The notes beneath the pieces were generated by a model, which saw nothing but the letters and a program-made list of their open reading frames with translations, was not told the origin of the DNA and did no database searches. Made by a program: the position numbers and the translations under genes. This document shows, piece by piece, positions 51,570 to 64,000 of a stretch of DNA of 64,000 nucleotides (its first letter is position 1; every line of letters starts with the position of its first letter). The stretch lies in NCBI GenBank assembly GCA_964016885.1, contig OZ024743.1, positions 118,234,001-118,298,000 of the forward strand. The letters are read 5' to 3'. This stretch comes from Eledone cirrhosa (lineage: Eukaryota).

Positions 51570-53540
51570 TATTTTTACATTTATATTAATGGACTTGTAA
51601 TTTCCTAACTACTCATGTTCTTTCTGGTTCTGTGAAGCCTAGCGCCTCAGGATTTGTATTAAGGCAATTAGTGACATATCCCAGAGCCCCAATAATCGCA
51701 GATATATATCTGAAGGCATAGCTATGGTGGAGTATCTGCAGATTACTCATTACTTCTGCATATATGTTCTAGCTAATCTCTGATATTATATTGGCATCTG
51801 TTGTGTGGATGACGTCCCTTTCCTACATCAGTATATTTGTTCTGTTATGCTTGCATTTTATTAAGCTTTTGACTGGAACATTCCACCAGTAATCTTTCAT
51901 ATTATGTATGTGTCTTCCACATACTGCAACTTTTAATATGTTTATTGTCGGGGCGATCTTTTATACGGATTGCATTGTATAGTGTTTTGACCACTACACC
52001 ATGCCTCATAGGTAAATAGTACCGTAATGACATCTTTTGACAGCTGTTTATGAAAGGGTGACATCTTCGATGGTAATTCTGCAGAGTCAACATTTGTTGT
52101 CGCATCTATGTGTTTCGCCTGAATCCCTATCTCTTTTGTGAATCAGGTATTTTGTCTTATATCATTCAAAGTGAGAGCCAATATTGCCGTTATTGGTCCA
52201 AGATATACTATGTTTATCTATATTACTCTCACTCTGGAGTCTTCGGGCAACATATCCATGAATAATGATTTGTTAAGCAAGCAGTTTTTCATCCTATTTC
52301 CCTATGTATGAGTTTTTGATTATGATACAGGGTGTATTTCTTAAGGAGTTCCTTCCCAGCTCTCATTATCATATCTGCCTCGTGTAGACAGACTTGCTCA
52401 AACAAATGGGCTCTTACCCTTGGTGGTTCGTTGATGTTGTCGGGGGGATATGATTCTTCAATCAAATGCTGCAGGACTGATGTTAGGCATCTACCTCCAT
52501 ATTTACATTTCATGTAGACATCGTCTATGTCACTGTTGATGTGGAAGTTGCCGATGTTGTTTCGGATTTTTCGGGTTTTAACATAAATATCCCCGATTTC
52601 ATCTATCATCCAATCGATTATTCCAAATGTTGGTGTAAGGACAGGCATATCAAACACACTGTGAGCCACTGTATTATTACGCAGAGAATTCAGATTACCC
52701 TATTTGTTTTAGTCGGATGAAATATTCCCTGGTTACGCGTTTCTTGATACAAATATCATCATAAGATATATTCACATCTATCCTTTGATATCTGTAGCAG
52801 TTCTCGTTCGATATCCGTGAATGGGGCCATTGATACAAATTTTGCTAAATTGGTTTGTAGTTTTCCCCCCATTACAATCATATCATTTATCCTGACCAAT
52901 CTACATTCCTCTCTCTTTCGAGTTCGTTGTAACCAGTTCAATGTTTTTCTTCAACCCATTTATGTTCTTGGCATAACGTTTCAGGTCATCCAAAGTTATG
53001 TGTTAGGTTTGTATTCCTGTTTTCTTCTGATTCAATTATGTATCCCGTATAGTTCTTGAACGGAAAGGACAACGGATTTAATGACAGAATAAATAGTGGG
53101 ACAATTTTTCTTGTAAATATACCCCTGTCCTATTATATGTTATCGGGGAAAAGTCCCCATTTCTCTGTTTTTAACTTTAGAACAGTAGTACAAGAAGAAG
53201 ATATATTCTCTATGGCTTTGATAATAATGTCTGGGGTTTTAGCAAGTCGGAGTGCCTCTATCATCCAAGAGTAGGGACAAGAATCGAATGCTTTCCTGCA
53301 GTCCAGTCAGACTGTAAACAAATTCCCCCTATGTTGTCGCACCTGTGACATCGCGGTTTTCTTAATTAGGAGTTGTTCAGCACACCACCAAACGAATTTC
53401 TTCCCAGCTCTTTCCTCATCTACGATGGTGTTATTACTGTCACGTTGATCTTTGAGAAATAGGTTCAGGCATGCTGTATACATTTTACACGTTAGATTCA
53501 GGCATGCAAAAGGTCGGTAGTTTTTTTGCCAAGTGGGTGT
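51570..53540 (-). pseudogene. Old, heavily mutated R4/NeSL-like RLE LINE
   Basis: Minus-strand NYRPFACLN, LDCRKAFDSCPYSW, FHINSDIDDVY..YGGRCL, MRHGVV, IIGALGYV motifs in the expected order. Confidence 0.8.
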
Positions 53541-53924
53541 CTTTGTTCTTGTGGGCCAATAGTGTTTCTGTTAATCCCCCCCCCCCCCTGGTATATGTAC
53601 ATCGCACTTGAGAGCCTGCTGGTAGAGGCTGATAAAATACATCCGATAAAATGTCATTTTTTTTTTGTATCAGTAGCCGACAATCACATTACTTCCTGGT
53701 GTTTTCTTATCTTTGAGTTTTCTATAAGAGTCGAGTATATATGTATGTATGTACGTATACTATTTTGTCTAGTAATCTGGCTACCTAATTACTAATTAAG
53801 TTAAATATCTATCGATAAATCTATCTATGTATCCCTCTTTCCAAAGAGAAACACCCTCACAATCATTCTTGCACATACATATATGCATGTATGTATGTAT
53901 ATATGTCTGTCTGTATGTATGTAA

Positions 53925-55765
53925 TTTTGCGAAGCTGGCGAGAGCACTTTGATGAACTTTTCAATCAGCCGTCTGTCGTCAATGAAGATTTTCTCAATCT
54001 CATTCCTGAACAACCTGTGAAAGTAGCTCTCGCAGAACCTCCGACGCTTGTGGAGGTTGCAGTAGCTATCTCGAAGCTGAACAGTGGAATGTCTCCTGGT
54101 ATGGATGGAATACATGCAGAGCTCTGGTGAGAGACATCTGCAACATCTTCACTCTTTGTTTGGCAGGATATGGGCTAGTTAATCCGTACCTGAGGACTGG
54201 AGAGATGCAGTAACGGTGATCTCGTACAAGGGAAAGGGTAACAAGAATGATTGTTGAAACTACAGAGGTATATCATTGCTTTCTGTCGTAGGAAAAAATT
54301 TATGTAGCGTGATTCTGGACCGTCTGCTGACACACATTGCAGATTGTGTTCTTCCTGAAAGTCAATCTGGTTTTCGTGCTGGACGCGGCACTACTGATAT
54401 GATCTTCTCAGCTAGACAGCTCCAACAGAAGTGCATGGAACAAGGTTTGGATCTGTATCAGGTTTTTGTCGATCTCACAAAAGCTTTCGATATTATTAAC
54501 AGAAATGCATTGTGGAAGGTTCTCCAGAAACTTGGTTGCCCTGATAAGTTCCTTGCTTTGGTTAGGTCTTTCCATGACAACATGAAGGCTTGGATTAATG
54601 TCAGAGGTAACATGTCGGAGCCTATTTCAGTAAAAAATGGAGTGAAACAGGGGGATATTCCAGCACCGACCCTGTTTGTCATATACTTTGCAATGGTTTT
54701 CTATATTGCATTCAGGAATTGCGAGCTTGGTATTTACATCCAATATAGAATCTCAGGCAGCATATTTAACATCAGGCGCTTTGCTGCAAAAACAAAAGTA
54801 TTTGCATCAATCATAATAGACCTCTTGTATGCAGATGAATGTGATCTTGTCGCACACAGAGAGTGATATGCAGCACAATTTGAATGCATTTTCTGATGCT
54901 TACACTGACCTAGGATTGACTGTCAGTCTCAAGAAAACCGTCGTCATGAACCAACCTGCCCATGGTAAGCAGTACAGTGAGCCAAATATCTATGTGTATG
55001 GTAAACGACTAGGATGGTTGATCAGTTTGTCTACCTGAGAAGCACTGTCAATCAATACAGCAACCTTGATAATGAAATTCCACTCAGGATTAGGAAAGCA
55101 AGTTAGTTAAAGGAAAACGACCTCCACATAAACCAAAAAAGATGTATAAGGATTCGTTGAAAGACTCTTTAAAATACGCTAACAAATCTGCTGATACATG
55201 GGGAAATGTTGCTCCTGGTCGTAATAAATGGAGAAAGACTGTATATGAGGGAAAAGTTGCCTTTCAGGCATATCAAATCGCATACGAGAAGGTAAAGATG
55301 GATGTGAGGAAGGGCATTGCTGTTGCATTTCCAGACAGCGAAGGCCCTCCTATGGCGCTGACATGCAGCGTCTGTGCGAGACTCTGCCTCAGCAAAACTG
55401 GACTCGAAAGTCATCTTCGCAGTCATAAGGTGAGACCAGTGGTTGCCTACCAGGCTGCTGTTGGAGATGCTACTCATTATGCTTGCCAAGCATGTGGTAG
55501 AGAATGTAAATCAACAGTAGGGCTCAAACGACATAAAAAAAGTACATGAACTCCAACCACAGCTGACTATTCCCAGTGAATGTTTTGTTTGCCAACTCTG
55601 TGCAAGACATTTTAGATCATTGGCTGGGCTAAAAAGCCACATTTCGTTCCTTTGTTCTTTTTCACTAATATTTCTGCTCTGCGTATACGCATAGAGCTTA
55701 ACTAGCTACCGTCACATAGTTGGTAAGTCAGACGTGATCATCGCGATTCACATACGACCTACCAT
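53925..55765 (+). pseudogene. 5'-truncated RTE (BovB-like) LINE with internal deletion and C-terminal C2H2-like fingers
   Basis: WREHFDELFN, SPGMDGI, PESQSGFR, FVDLTKAFD, GVKQGD..APTLF, LLYADE; CSVC..SHLRSH, CQAC..RH. Confidence 0.88.
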
Positions 55766-55771
55766 ACATCT

Positions 55772-56842
<1,071 letters not shown>

Positions 56843-58093
56843 CGTTATTATGTTTTTTCGTGCAATGGCCATACTCGATAACGAGGGGTCAGCCATCATA
56901 TATGTATATATATATGTGTGGGTGTGTGTGTGTGCGTGTGTGTGTTTGTATGTGTGTCTGTGTGTTTCTTTGTCTGTGTGTGTATATATATATATATATA
57001 TACACGCACGCACACACATAACAAACAATCTAACCAACTTGCTAGGTAACTAATTAACTTCGTAATTACCTATCTACCTACTTACCTACCTACTTACCTG
57101 CTTGCCTTCATATCTATCTATCTAGTTTGTAATACAGGTAATATTTTGGCTTTCTCTATAACATTTCATTAATATTAGCTATTGAGCCACAGTTTTCAGT
57201 ATTGCGGCTCTCGCTCTAAAACTCTATTTTTTAAATGACACCTTTTATGTTCCTCCCCTCCACATTTATATCGGCCTGGTTCTTTGTACAACAGTCTATC
57301 ACTTGAATGGCAATTGCGCCTGTATGTCGGCACCTTACCGTACTAACTAGAGCAGAAAATGGCCGTCAATGAAATCTCATGAGAATTGAATAAAGATATA
57401 AAAACAAACAAAACAGAAAGCTTGTTACATCTAAGACATCTAAGATATACTTACAACGACGTATATATATTATATACATATATATATACGTGAGTTTGTG
57501 CGTGTGTCTGTATGCATATATATATATACACACACATATATATATACGTATACATTTTTTGTTTATGCCACGAAACTACGTAGTCGAGGAATTTAGGAAC
57601 AGTTTAGGTATGATACATTTTATTACTAATTATATCTAAATGTTTCTTCTCTCTTCATAATGTATTTTTAACTCTGATACTGGTTCAGTCTGGTTCAAAC
57701 TGAATTGGTCTGTCCCAGTCATTCATTGAGCAACATCGGTGAAGTTGGCACCCTTAACTCACAGTTGGGTGCGGATGCATTCATGTATATATGTGTGTGT
57801 CCGCATGTATCTGTGTGTTTTTAAATATATTAATAACTCCCTCTGGTCGAGCAATCTTTGAAGTGTGGGGACAACTGGAAAGCTTCCATTACTCATACTT
57901 CTCGCCTTCTTCACTACCTCTTCTACGGCCTCGATATGAATACCCCCTCCGCCTCCGTGGTATTTTCTTCGTGGTTATAAGAGGCTTAGCTCTGTTTCTC
58001 GACCGTTATATCGCGTGACTATCTCCCCCTCCGCCTTTTGGGATTCTTTCTCACGTCGTGTAGACGCGTTCTTGAGACTAGTAAAATGAGGTA

Positions 58094-58181
58094 TCCTCTT
58101 GATAAGTTGGCAGACCTCGCAAGGACTCTATATCTTTGATATATTGTTTTTGTTTATGCCACGAAACTACGTAGTCGAGGA
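58094..58181 (+). ncRNA. Type I hammerhead ribozyme, U3-A8 core variant (copy 1)
   Basis: tcctc-TTGATAA-gttggca..tgccac-GAAA-CTACGTAG-TC-gagga; predicted cleavage after C58176. Confidence 0.75.
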
Positions 58182-58684
58182 ATTTAGGAACAGTTTAGGT
58201 ATGATACATTTTATTACTAATTATATCTAAATGTTTCTTCTCTCTTCATAATGTATTTTTAACTCTGATACTGGTTCAGTCTGGTTCAAACTGAATTGGT
58301 CTGTCCCAGTCATTCATTGAGCAACATCGGTGAAGTTGGCACCCTTAACTCACAGTTGGGTGCGGATGCATTCATGTATATATGTGTGTGTCCGCATGTA
58401 TCTGTGTGTTTTTAAATATATTAATAACTCCCTCTGGTCGAGCAATCTTTGAAGTGTGGGGACAACTGGAAAGCTTCCATTACTCATACTTCTCGCCTTC
58501 TTCACTACCTCTTCTACGGCCTCGATATGAATACCCCCTCCGCCTCCGTGGTATTTTCTTCGTGGTTATAAGAGGCTTAGCTCTGTTTCTCGACCGTTAT
58601 ATCGCGTGACTATCTCCCCCTCCGCCTTTTGGGATTCTTTCTCACGTCGTGTAGACGCGTTCTTGAGACTAGTAAAATGAGGTA

Positions 58685-58772
58685 TCCTCTTGATAAGTTG
58701 GCAGACCTCGCAAGGACTCTATATCTTTGATATATTGTTTTTGTTTATGCCACGAAACTACGTAGTCGAGGA
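58685..58772 (+). ncRNA. Type I hammerhead ribozyme, U3-A8 core variant (copy 2)
   Basis: Identical motif 591 bp downstream; predicted cleavage after C58767. Confidence 0.75.
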
Positions 58773-58841
58773 ATTTAGGAACAGTTTAGGTATGATACAT
58801 TTTATTACTAATTATATCTAAATGTTTCTTCTCTCTTCATA

Positions 58842-58875
<34 letters not shown>

Positions 58876-58954
58876 CGAAGGAAATGTGGTAAGGAACCAG
58901 ATGGACCATAACGCACCAAAATACTCAATACTTAGGGTAGTAGAGTGGGTAATG

Positions 58955-59054
58955 GGAACAAGTAGGACCCCGACGGCTGAGCTCAAGCTGTTTTGACGGC
59001 TAATTCTGGACGTCGAAACGGCTTGAGCTCAGCCGTTGGGGTCCTACTTGTTCC
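58955..59054. repeat. 44-bp-arm inverted repeat (12-nt loop) between (TA)n tracts
   Basis: Arms 58955-58998 and 59011-59054 with three mismatches. Confidence 0.92.
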
Positions 59055-60149
59055 TATATATATATATATATATACTCATATATAGATGTGTGTGTGTGGG
59101 AATATACTTATACAAACACAACAACACAGACAAAACACACACGCATAAACGATAGGTTTTGAGCAGCGCATAAGAACAATCATTTAGAAATACTTATTTC
59201 AAAACCTCTATCGAACACCTGTACGCACACACAAATGCTATATCAGTTCTATAAAACGATGCTTAGACACAACCACACACATTCATACAGATACATGAAC
59301 ATACATAAACCATAAGCAAGTACTGATATTTCTTTAAAGGCTACCTACTTTCATGTATGTTTGAGAATTTTAATTACTGAATCCTTGTGAAAAACGTGAC
59401 CATTACGGATCTCCATTTATCTTTATTTATAATTATATATACAAGATAAGTACATAAAACATTAAAGTAGTATGTTATTCGAAGGTTGCATCAATGCAAA
59501 TCGGACGGTGGATTTGGGGAAAAAATTGCAGGCAACGACGATATTAGAGTGTTGCCTGTCCGGGAATGTGGAAAGTATAGACTTGAGTATTTGGGAAAAG
59601 AACCAGGAGATATTGTAGAGGGTTCGTTTTATACTTGAGATATTGGGCCTACACTTACTTTAACTCCCAACACGACTCCTACAAACAAACATCATGTCTA
59701 CCCATGGGATGCAGTCCCGCAACCCAGCTAAACATCACACACACACAGCATTATACACATATCAGTCCACACACGACCTCATCAAGTAATTACTAAGATG
59801 GTATGTCTATAACAACAAAAGCACAAAGCTTCGAACTAGTTTCTTAATGTAATCTTATGAGAAATGGTTTTTAGTCCTGAAATATTAAAACAGATAAATA
59901 ACAGGCGTAACACTAACATCTTCGTAGCCATAGTACTTTATGCCCCACTATAATGCTCCAAGAAAATTACAAAAACTGCATATAAAACTTAGTGGAAAGA
60001 GGGGAAGGGTTGCAAGCCTACGGAAAATTGGGTCTAAATTTTGATTCCCTCCTGCACAATTACTGTTCCTATTCAATGTATGGACAGACGAGCATTATAG
60101 AAACTTAGTATTTTACCAGTAACGCAGCGAGATTCAGAATAGAGCCATA

Positions 60150-60392
60150 TATGAAAGCGTGGAACAAACTACCTGCATCAGTTGTTAGCTGCTGGGACAC
60201 TGAATCCTTTAAAACCTCCTTGCTTCCTGAAATTCGCCAACACTACACCTGATATTTCCCTCCATACACACGCAGACATGTATATCACGACTCATACACT
60301 GTTCACTTTCCTGATATTTGTACATTATTCTATGTACTATGCATGCAACTTTGATGAGTTGTAGTGCACCTGAGCAGTACATAATAATTTCC
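60150..60392 (+). mobile_element. CR1/L2-like LINE 3' fragment
   Basis: AWNKLPASVVSCWDTESFKTSL matches the WN.LP..VV......FK..L C-terminal motif, followed by a putative 3' UTR. Confidence 0.65.
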
Positions 60393-61227
60393 TTATATAT
60401 ATTTTTCCTTTCAAGAATTTAATGATTTTTATCCATCTTTAGTGACGTTTACTCACACAATACTGAGATAAATAAGGTATCGGATTATTTAAATGTGTTG
60501 CAAATAGTACATCGAGTGAAATGTTCAATTACATATAATGCAAACTTGACGAACTCTCATGAATTAGAATTAGCCTTAACACAGCAGGATTCAAAATAGA
60601 GGCGTGTATGAAATCATATAGAATATGTTTATATACTATATACATATATTGATACACACAGCAAAACTGTGAGTATTTTAAGCTTGGTAAACTTGTGATT
60701 AAGCCAAATTAAAGATTAATCTTGAAAGCAATACTTTTGTTGCAATTTGGCTTCAAGATGGCAGCCATATAAGCAATATAGACCTGAACTCATAATTTAC
60801 GTTGTGTTTATCTCATGGTCAAGTGTAAGATTCATATTAGTTTAGGAAGGCCATAGCATGCTTGCGAAGTAAGAAAAACTGAATATGATTTCATAATATG
60901 CATATGCTTAAAATAAAATAAGCATTAAAAATAAAACTAAATCATTCCTTATGATGAGAATGTAAGGAAGTGCAAATGTCTATAAAATTATTCGTTATTC
61001 GTTATTCCAAACGAGCCGTAGAGACCACATAGTGAAATAGGATGAAATGAAAGCAGTTTTGATATGAACATCAGCAATAGCAACTATAACAAACATAGGC
61101 TTGTATGTGTGAGTGTGTATGTGTTGTGAACGTGTGAGTATATGTATGAGTGTATGTATTTGCGTAAGTCTGTATGTATGCGCACGAAAATTCTAATACA
61201 TGTGGAAGAAGCAATAGAGAAATGGCA

Positions 61228-61278
<51 letters not shown>

Positions 61279-62489
61279 CAGCAGCAGCAGTGATTACTTT
61301 TGATTGAGCAGAATCTATGATCAAATGCGTTCCAGTGGTGACTGTAATCATTGTTTTGATCTTTAGGTTTTGTATCTAACTCATGTAGTCAATTATGGCT
61401 TTCCGCAAAGAAGACTGAGGGGTGTGATTCGCGAGTGAAGTGTCTACTTTTTCAAGCAATCAACAATCACACATAACCGCCCTCACAAGCAGTTGGTCAG
61501 ATATTTATGATATATTGTTCAACAAAGCAGTGAAAGATGTATAAAACGTGAACTTACTTTTTTGAGTATTTGTTCAAGTAGTTCATCATTTGCAATTATG
61601 TTAAATAGAAAATAAAAAGACTACAAATATACATCTAAGAAAAAAATCTTTTTCCCCGTGCAATGCAGGGTCAATAAGTGAAAAGTTTAAGTATATTCAG
61701 AAAAAAAAAAATATATATATATATATACGATATTAAATAAATGGAAACTATATTTATAAAACCATATTTATTTCATTATATATATTTCAGGGATATCATA
61801 TTAACAATATGCTATGCCTTCCTCAGACAAAATACAATATAGACAGTTTTATAGATAAATAGATTTGACATACCGTTCAACATCGACTTGTATTTGAAAA
61901 GTTGATTTGGCAGTGAAAAAAAATTGTAAATATACTCCAAATACTTGTCGAGTGCTTTTATATCAGTTATAAATATTTACTAGTTGTAACCCAACAATTT
62001 AAATATAACTTTCCATATATATATATATATATATATGAATAACCTGAAACTATGATAAAGCAAAGCCAATATTTTGAGCAAAGCATAACAAAAATGAAAT
62101 AAATATGCAAAACCTGTTTTTTTTTTAATCTAATTAAACTAATTTCACCCCTGGGTTATCTCTTCCCTTCAATTATATACAGATATTTCTTAAATATATT
62201 CCAAAGGAATGTTTATATATAAAATATATACTCATGCAATACATGATACCATCAATTTATACATATCGAATACGTGCGTAGAAAGAATAACCTGGCTACA
62301 TTTGACATGTTCTAAATTTTTATCATTTTATATCTAAAACTTTTTCTTCGAATACTCACTTGTAAAATAATAACTGGTGGTCATTTTAAGGTCAAAGTAG
62401 CACACGTTTTTATACATATGCATATTTTTACATGTCAGTAAGTGGTTTTGATCTTAAAATATCTATCAATCTTCCCCACCTCTCTCTCT

Positions 62490-62519
62490 CAATATACATG
62501 TATGTGTGTGTATGTGTAT

Positions 62520-62583
<64 letters not shown>

Positions 62584-62634
62584 ATACTTGTATGTGTATG
62601 TGTGTATAGATATTTACATATTCATGAATACACG

Positions 62635-62727
<93 letters not shown>

Positions 62728-62750
62728 TGTGTGTGTGTGTGTGTGTATAC
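62490..62750. repeat. Compound TA/TG/GA microsatellite
   Basis: Seen directly. Confidence 0.95.
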
Positions 62751-63092
62751 AAATACAAATTTCTATTTCCTCTGTTATTGTTTATATCTTAAATTTATAT
62801 TTTCCCTCCTATTCCCTTTTATCCTTTATTCTATCTTGTTCCTTATTTGATAAAACCTTTGTGATGTAGATAAGACATTTAGATGAATTTCAATAGAGCT
62901 TATTGATAAACCTTTCTTTTTTTTTGTATATTCCTTTTAGAGAGTCATTTGTGTTTTAGAATAACATGGTTAATAAACCTGAAAGCAATCACATTAGTTG
63001 TCGAGGTAAGGCTATGCCCATGTAAATGCGACAACTCACTTTGATTGCCAATTAAAAGGAAGTTCCATTATTTATCGCTCTGAATATAGCAT

Positions 63093-63343
63093 GTTAAATA
63101 ATTGTTTCTACTTTTGACACAAAGCCAGTAAATACCCAGTACATTACTGGTACTTTATTTTATCGACCCCGTAAGGATGAAAGGCAACGTTAACCTCGGC
63201 GGGATTTGAACTCAGAATGGCAAGGCCGTAACTCTATACGTCAAAGCATGGTGTCCGACCCTCTACCGATACTGCCAAGTTAAATAATTGTTTCTACTTT
63301 TGGCACAAGGCCAGCAATTACCCAGTGTATTACTGGTACTTTA
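63093..63343 (-). mobile_element. SINE (63097-63279) adjoining the tail of a SINE 3' fragment (63283-63343)
   Basis: Reverse complement of the short-subfamily SINE; gttaaataatt duplicated at 63093 and 63280. Confidence 0.9.
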
Positions 63344-63602
63344 TATGAAACCAAAATTGAAGCAAATCTGATTTGCAATTCGTTAGTTTTGAGGAAAAAT
63401 TTCCTGTGGGCTTTAGAATTAACATTGAACGTCAGAAGAAATAAGTGGTCAAAAGGATATATTCTTTCCTATAATGAGTTAACAAGTTCGATGAAAATAT
63501 TGTACCATATCTTCAGCTCGAGCAGAGACTCGTGCCTGAAATTGAATTAACAGAAACCATCATATTGCGGGTATTATAATTTAAGAGGCCAGCTTTATGA
63601 CA

Positions 63603-63965
63603 TACTACCAGTGGTACCCGGCGTTGCACGGATAAGGTATTGTGAAATATATAACCGCCTTAGCTAAGCTTAGTATTGCCACAACCACGGCTGGCAAACA
63701 AGTAAGGGTATGGTGGTACGTAAGTAAGCAACACTGGCTTAAAACGTGAGGAAGAAGTTGTGTGCACTTACCAACTGTTTGGGGATTGAGTGTGAGATTT
63801 GTCTTGAGCAAGGGTGGCAGAATAACCGGACGCAGCAGACAGCCAGACATACAGACAGATATTATAAGGGCGCGTTCTGGACGCAGAGCGAATTGTAGGA
63901 AGTGACGTAATGCAGACAGCCAGGCATACAGACATATTGTAAAAGGGCGCGACGTTATATGTATG
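63603..63965 (+). mobile_element. Possible non-autonomous Helitron/Helentron-like (DINE-1/Lep1-style) element
   Basis: 5' tactaccagtggtacccggcgttgcacgg with a short subterminal hairpin; CAGA-rich repeats near the 3' end. Confidence 0.45.
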
Positions 63966-64000
63966 TATCTATCTAAAAAGGGAAATACTAAGAATTATAG

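Larger units (their letters stand above)
57555..58846 (+). repeat. 591-bp tandem repeat (about 2.2 units), hammerhead-containing and retrozyme-like, flanked by TA-rich microsatellite
   Basis: ttttgtttatgccacgaaactacgtagtc recurs at 57557, 58148, 58739; the units appear identical by eye. Confidence 0.92.

Noticed and set aside
57791-58609. Duplicated 75-aa ORF in the 591-bp repeat
   Set aside because: Starts in a TG-rich tract and has no recognisable domain; identity is explained by the duplication.

Overview
AT-rich, microsatellite-dense animal DNA. The repeat content resembles cephalopod/octopus genomes, but this is inference. No host protein-coding gene could be supported; nearly all short ORFs are translated (TA)n/(CA)n/(ATT)n repeats or antisense frames. 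The centre (about 19.8-48.2 kb) is an almost gap-free chain of retroelements joined by (ATT)n/(TAA)n tracts: tRNA-derived SINEs and Tx1/L1-type LINEs on +, and R4/Dong-type RLE LINEs on -, one with an uninterrupted 1130-aa ORF. The SINE 3' end resembles the Tx1 3' end. Outside the chain, several non-coding elements sit in or beside (TA)n tracts with direct-repeat architecture and minimal type I hammerhead ribozyme (HHR) motifs. The clearest is a 591-bp tandem repeat (57.6-58.8 kb) carrying a structurally complete HHR with a U3-A8 covariant core, which is retrozyme-like. Old RTE, R4-like, CRE-like and CR1/L2-like fragments, a Helitron-like element and several foldback structures are also present. 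All calls were made by eye; boundaries are approximate.
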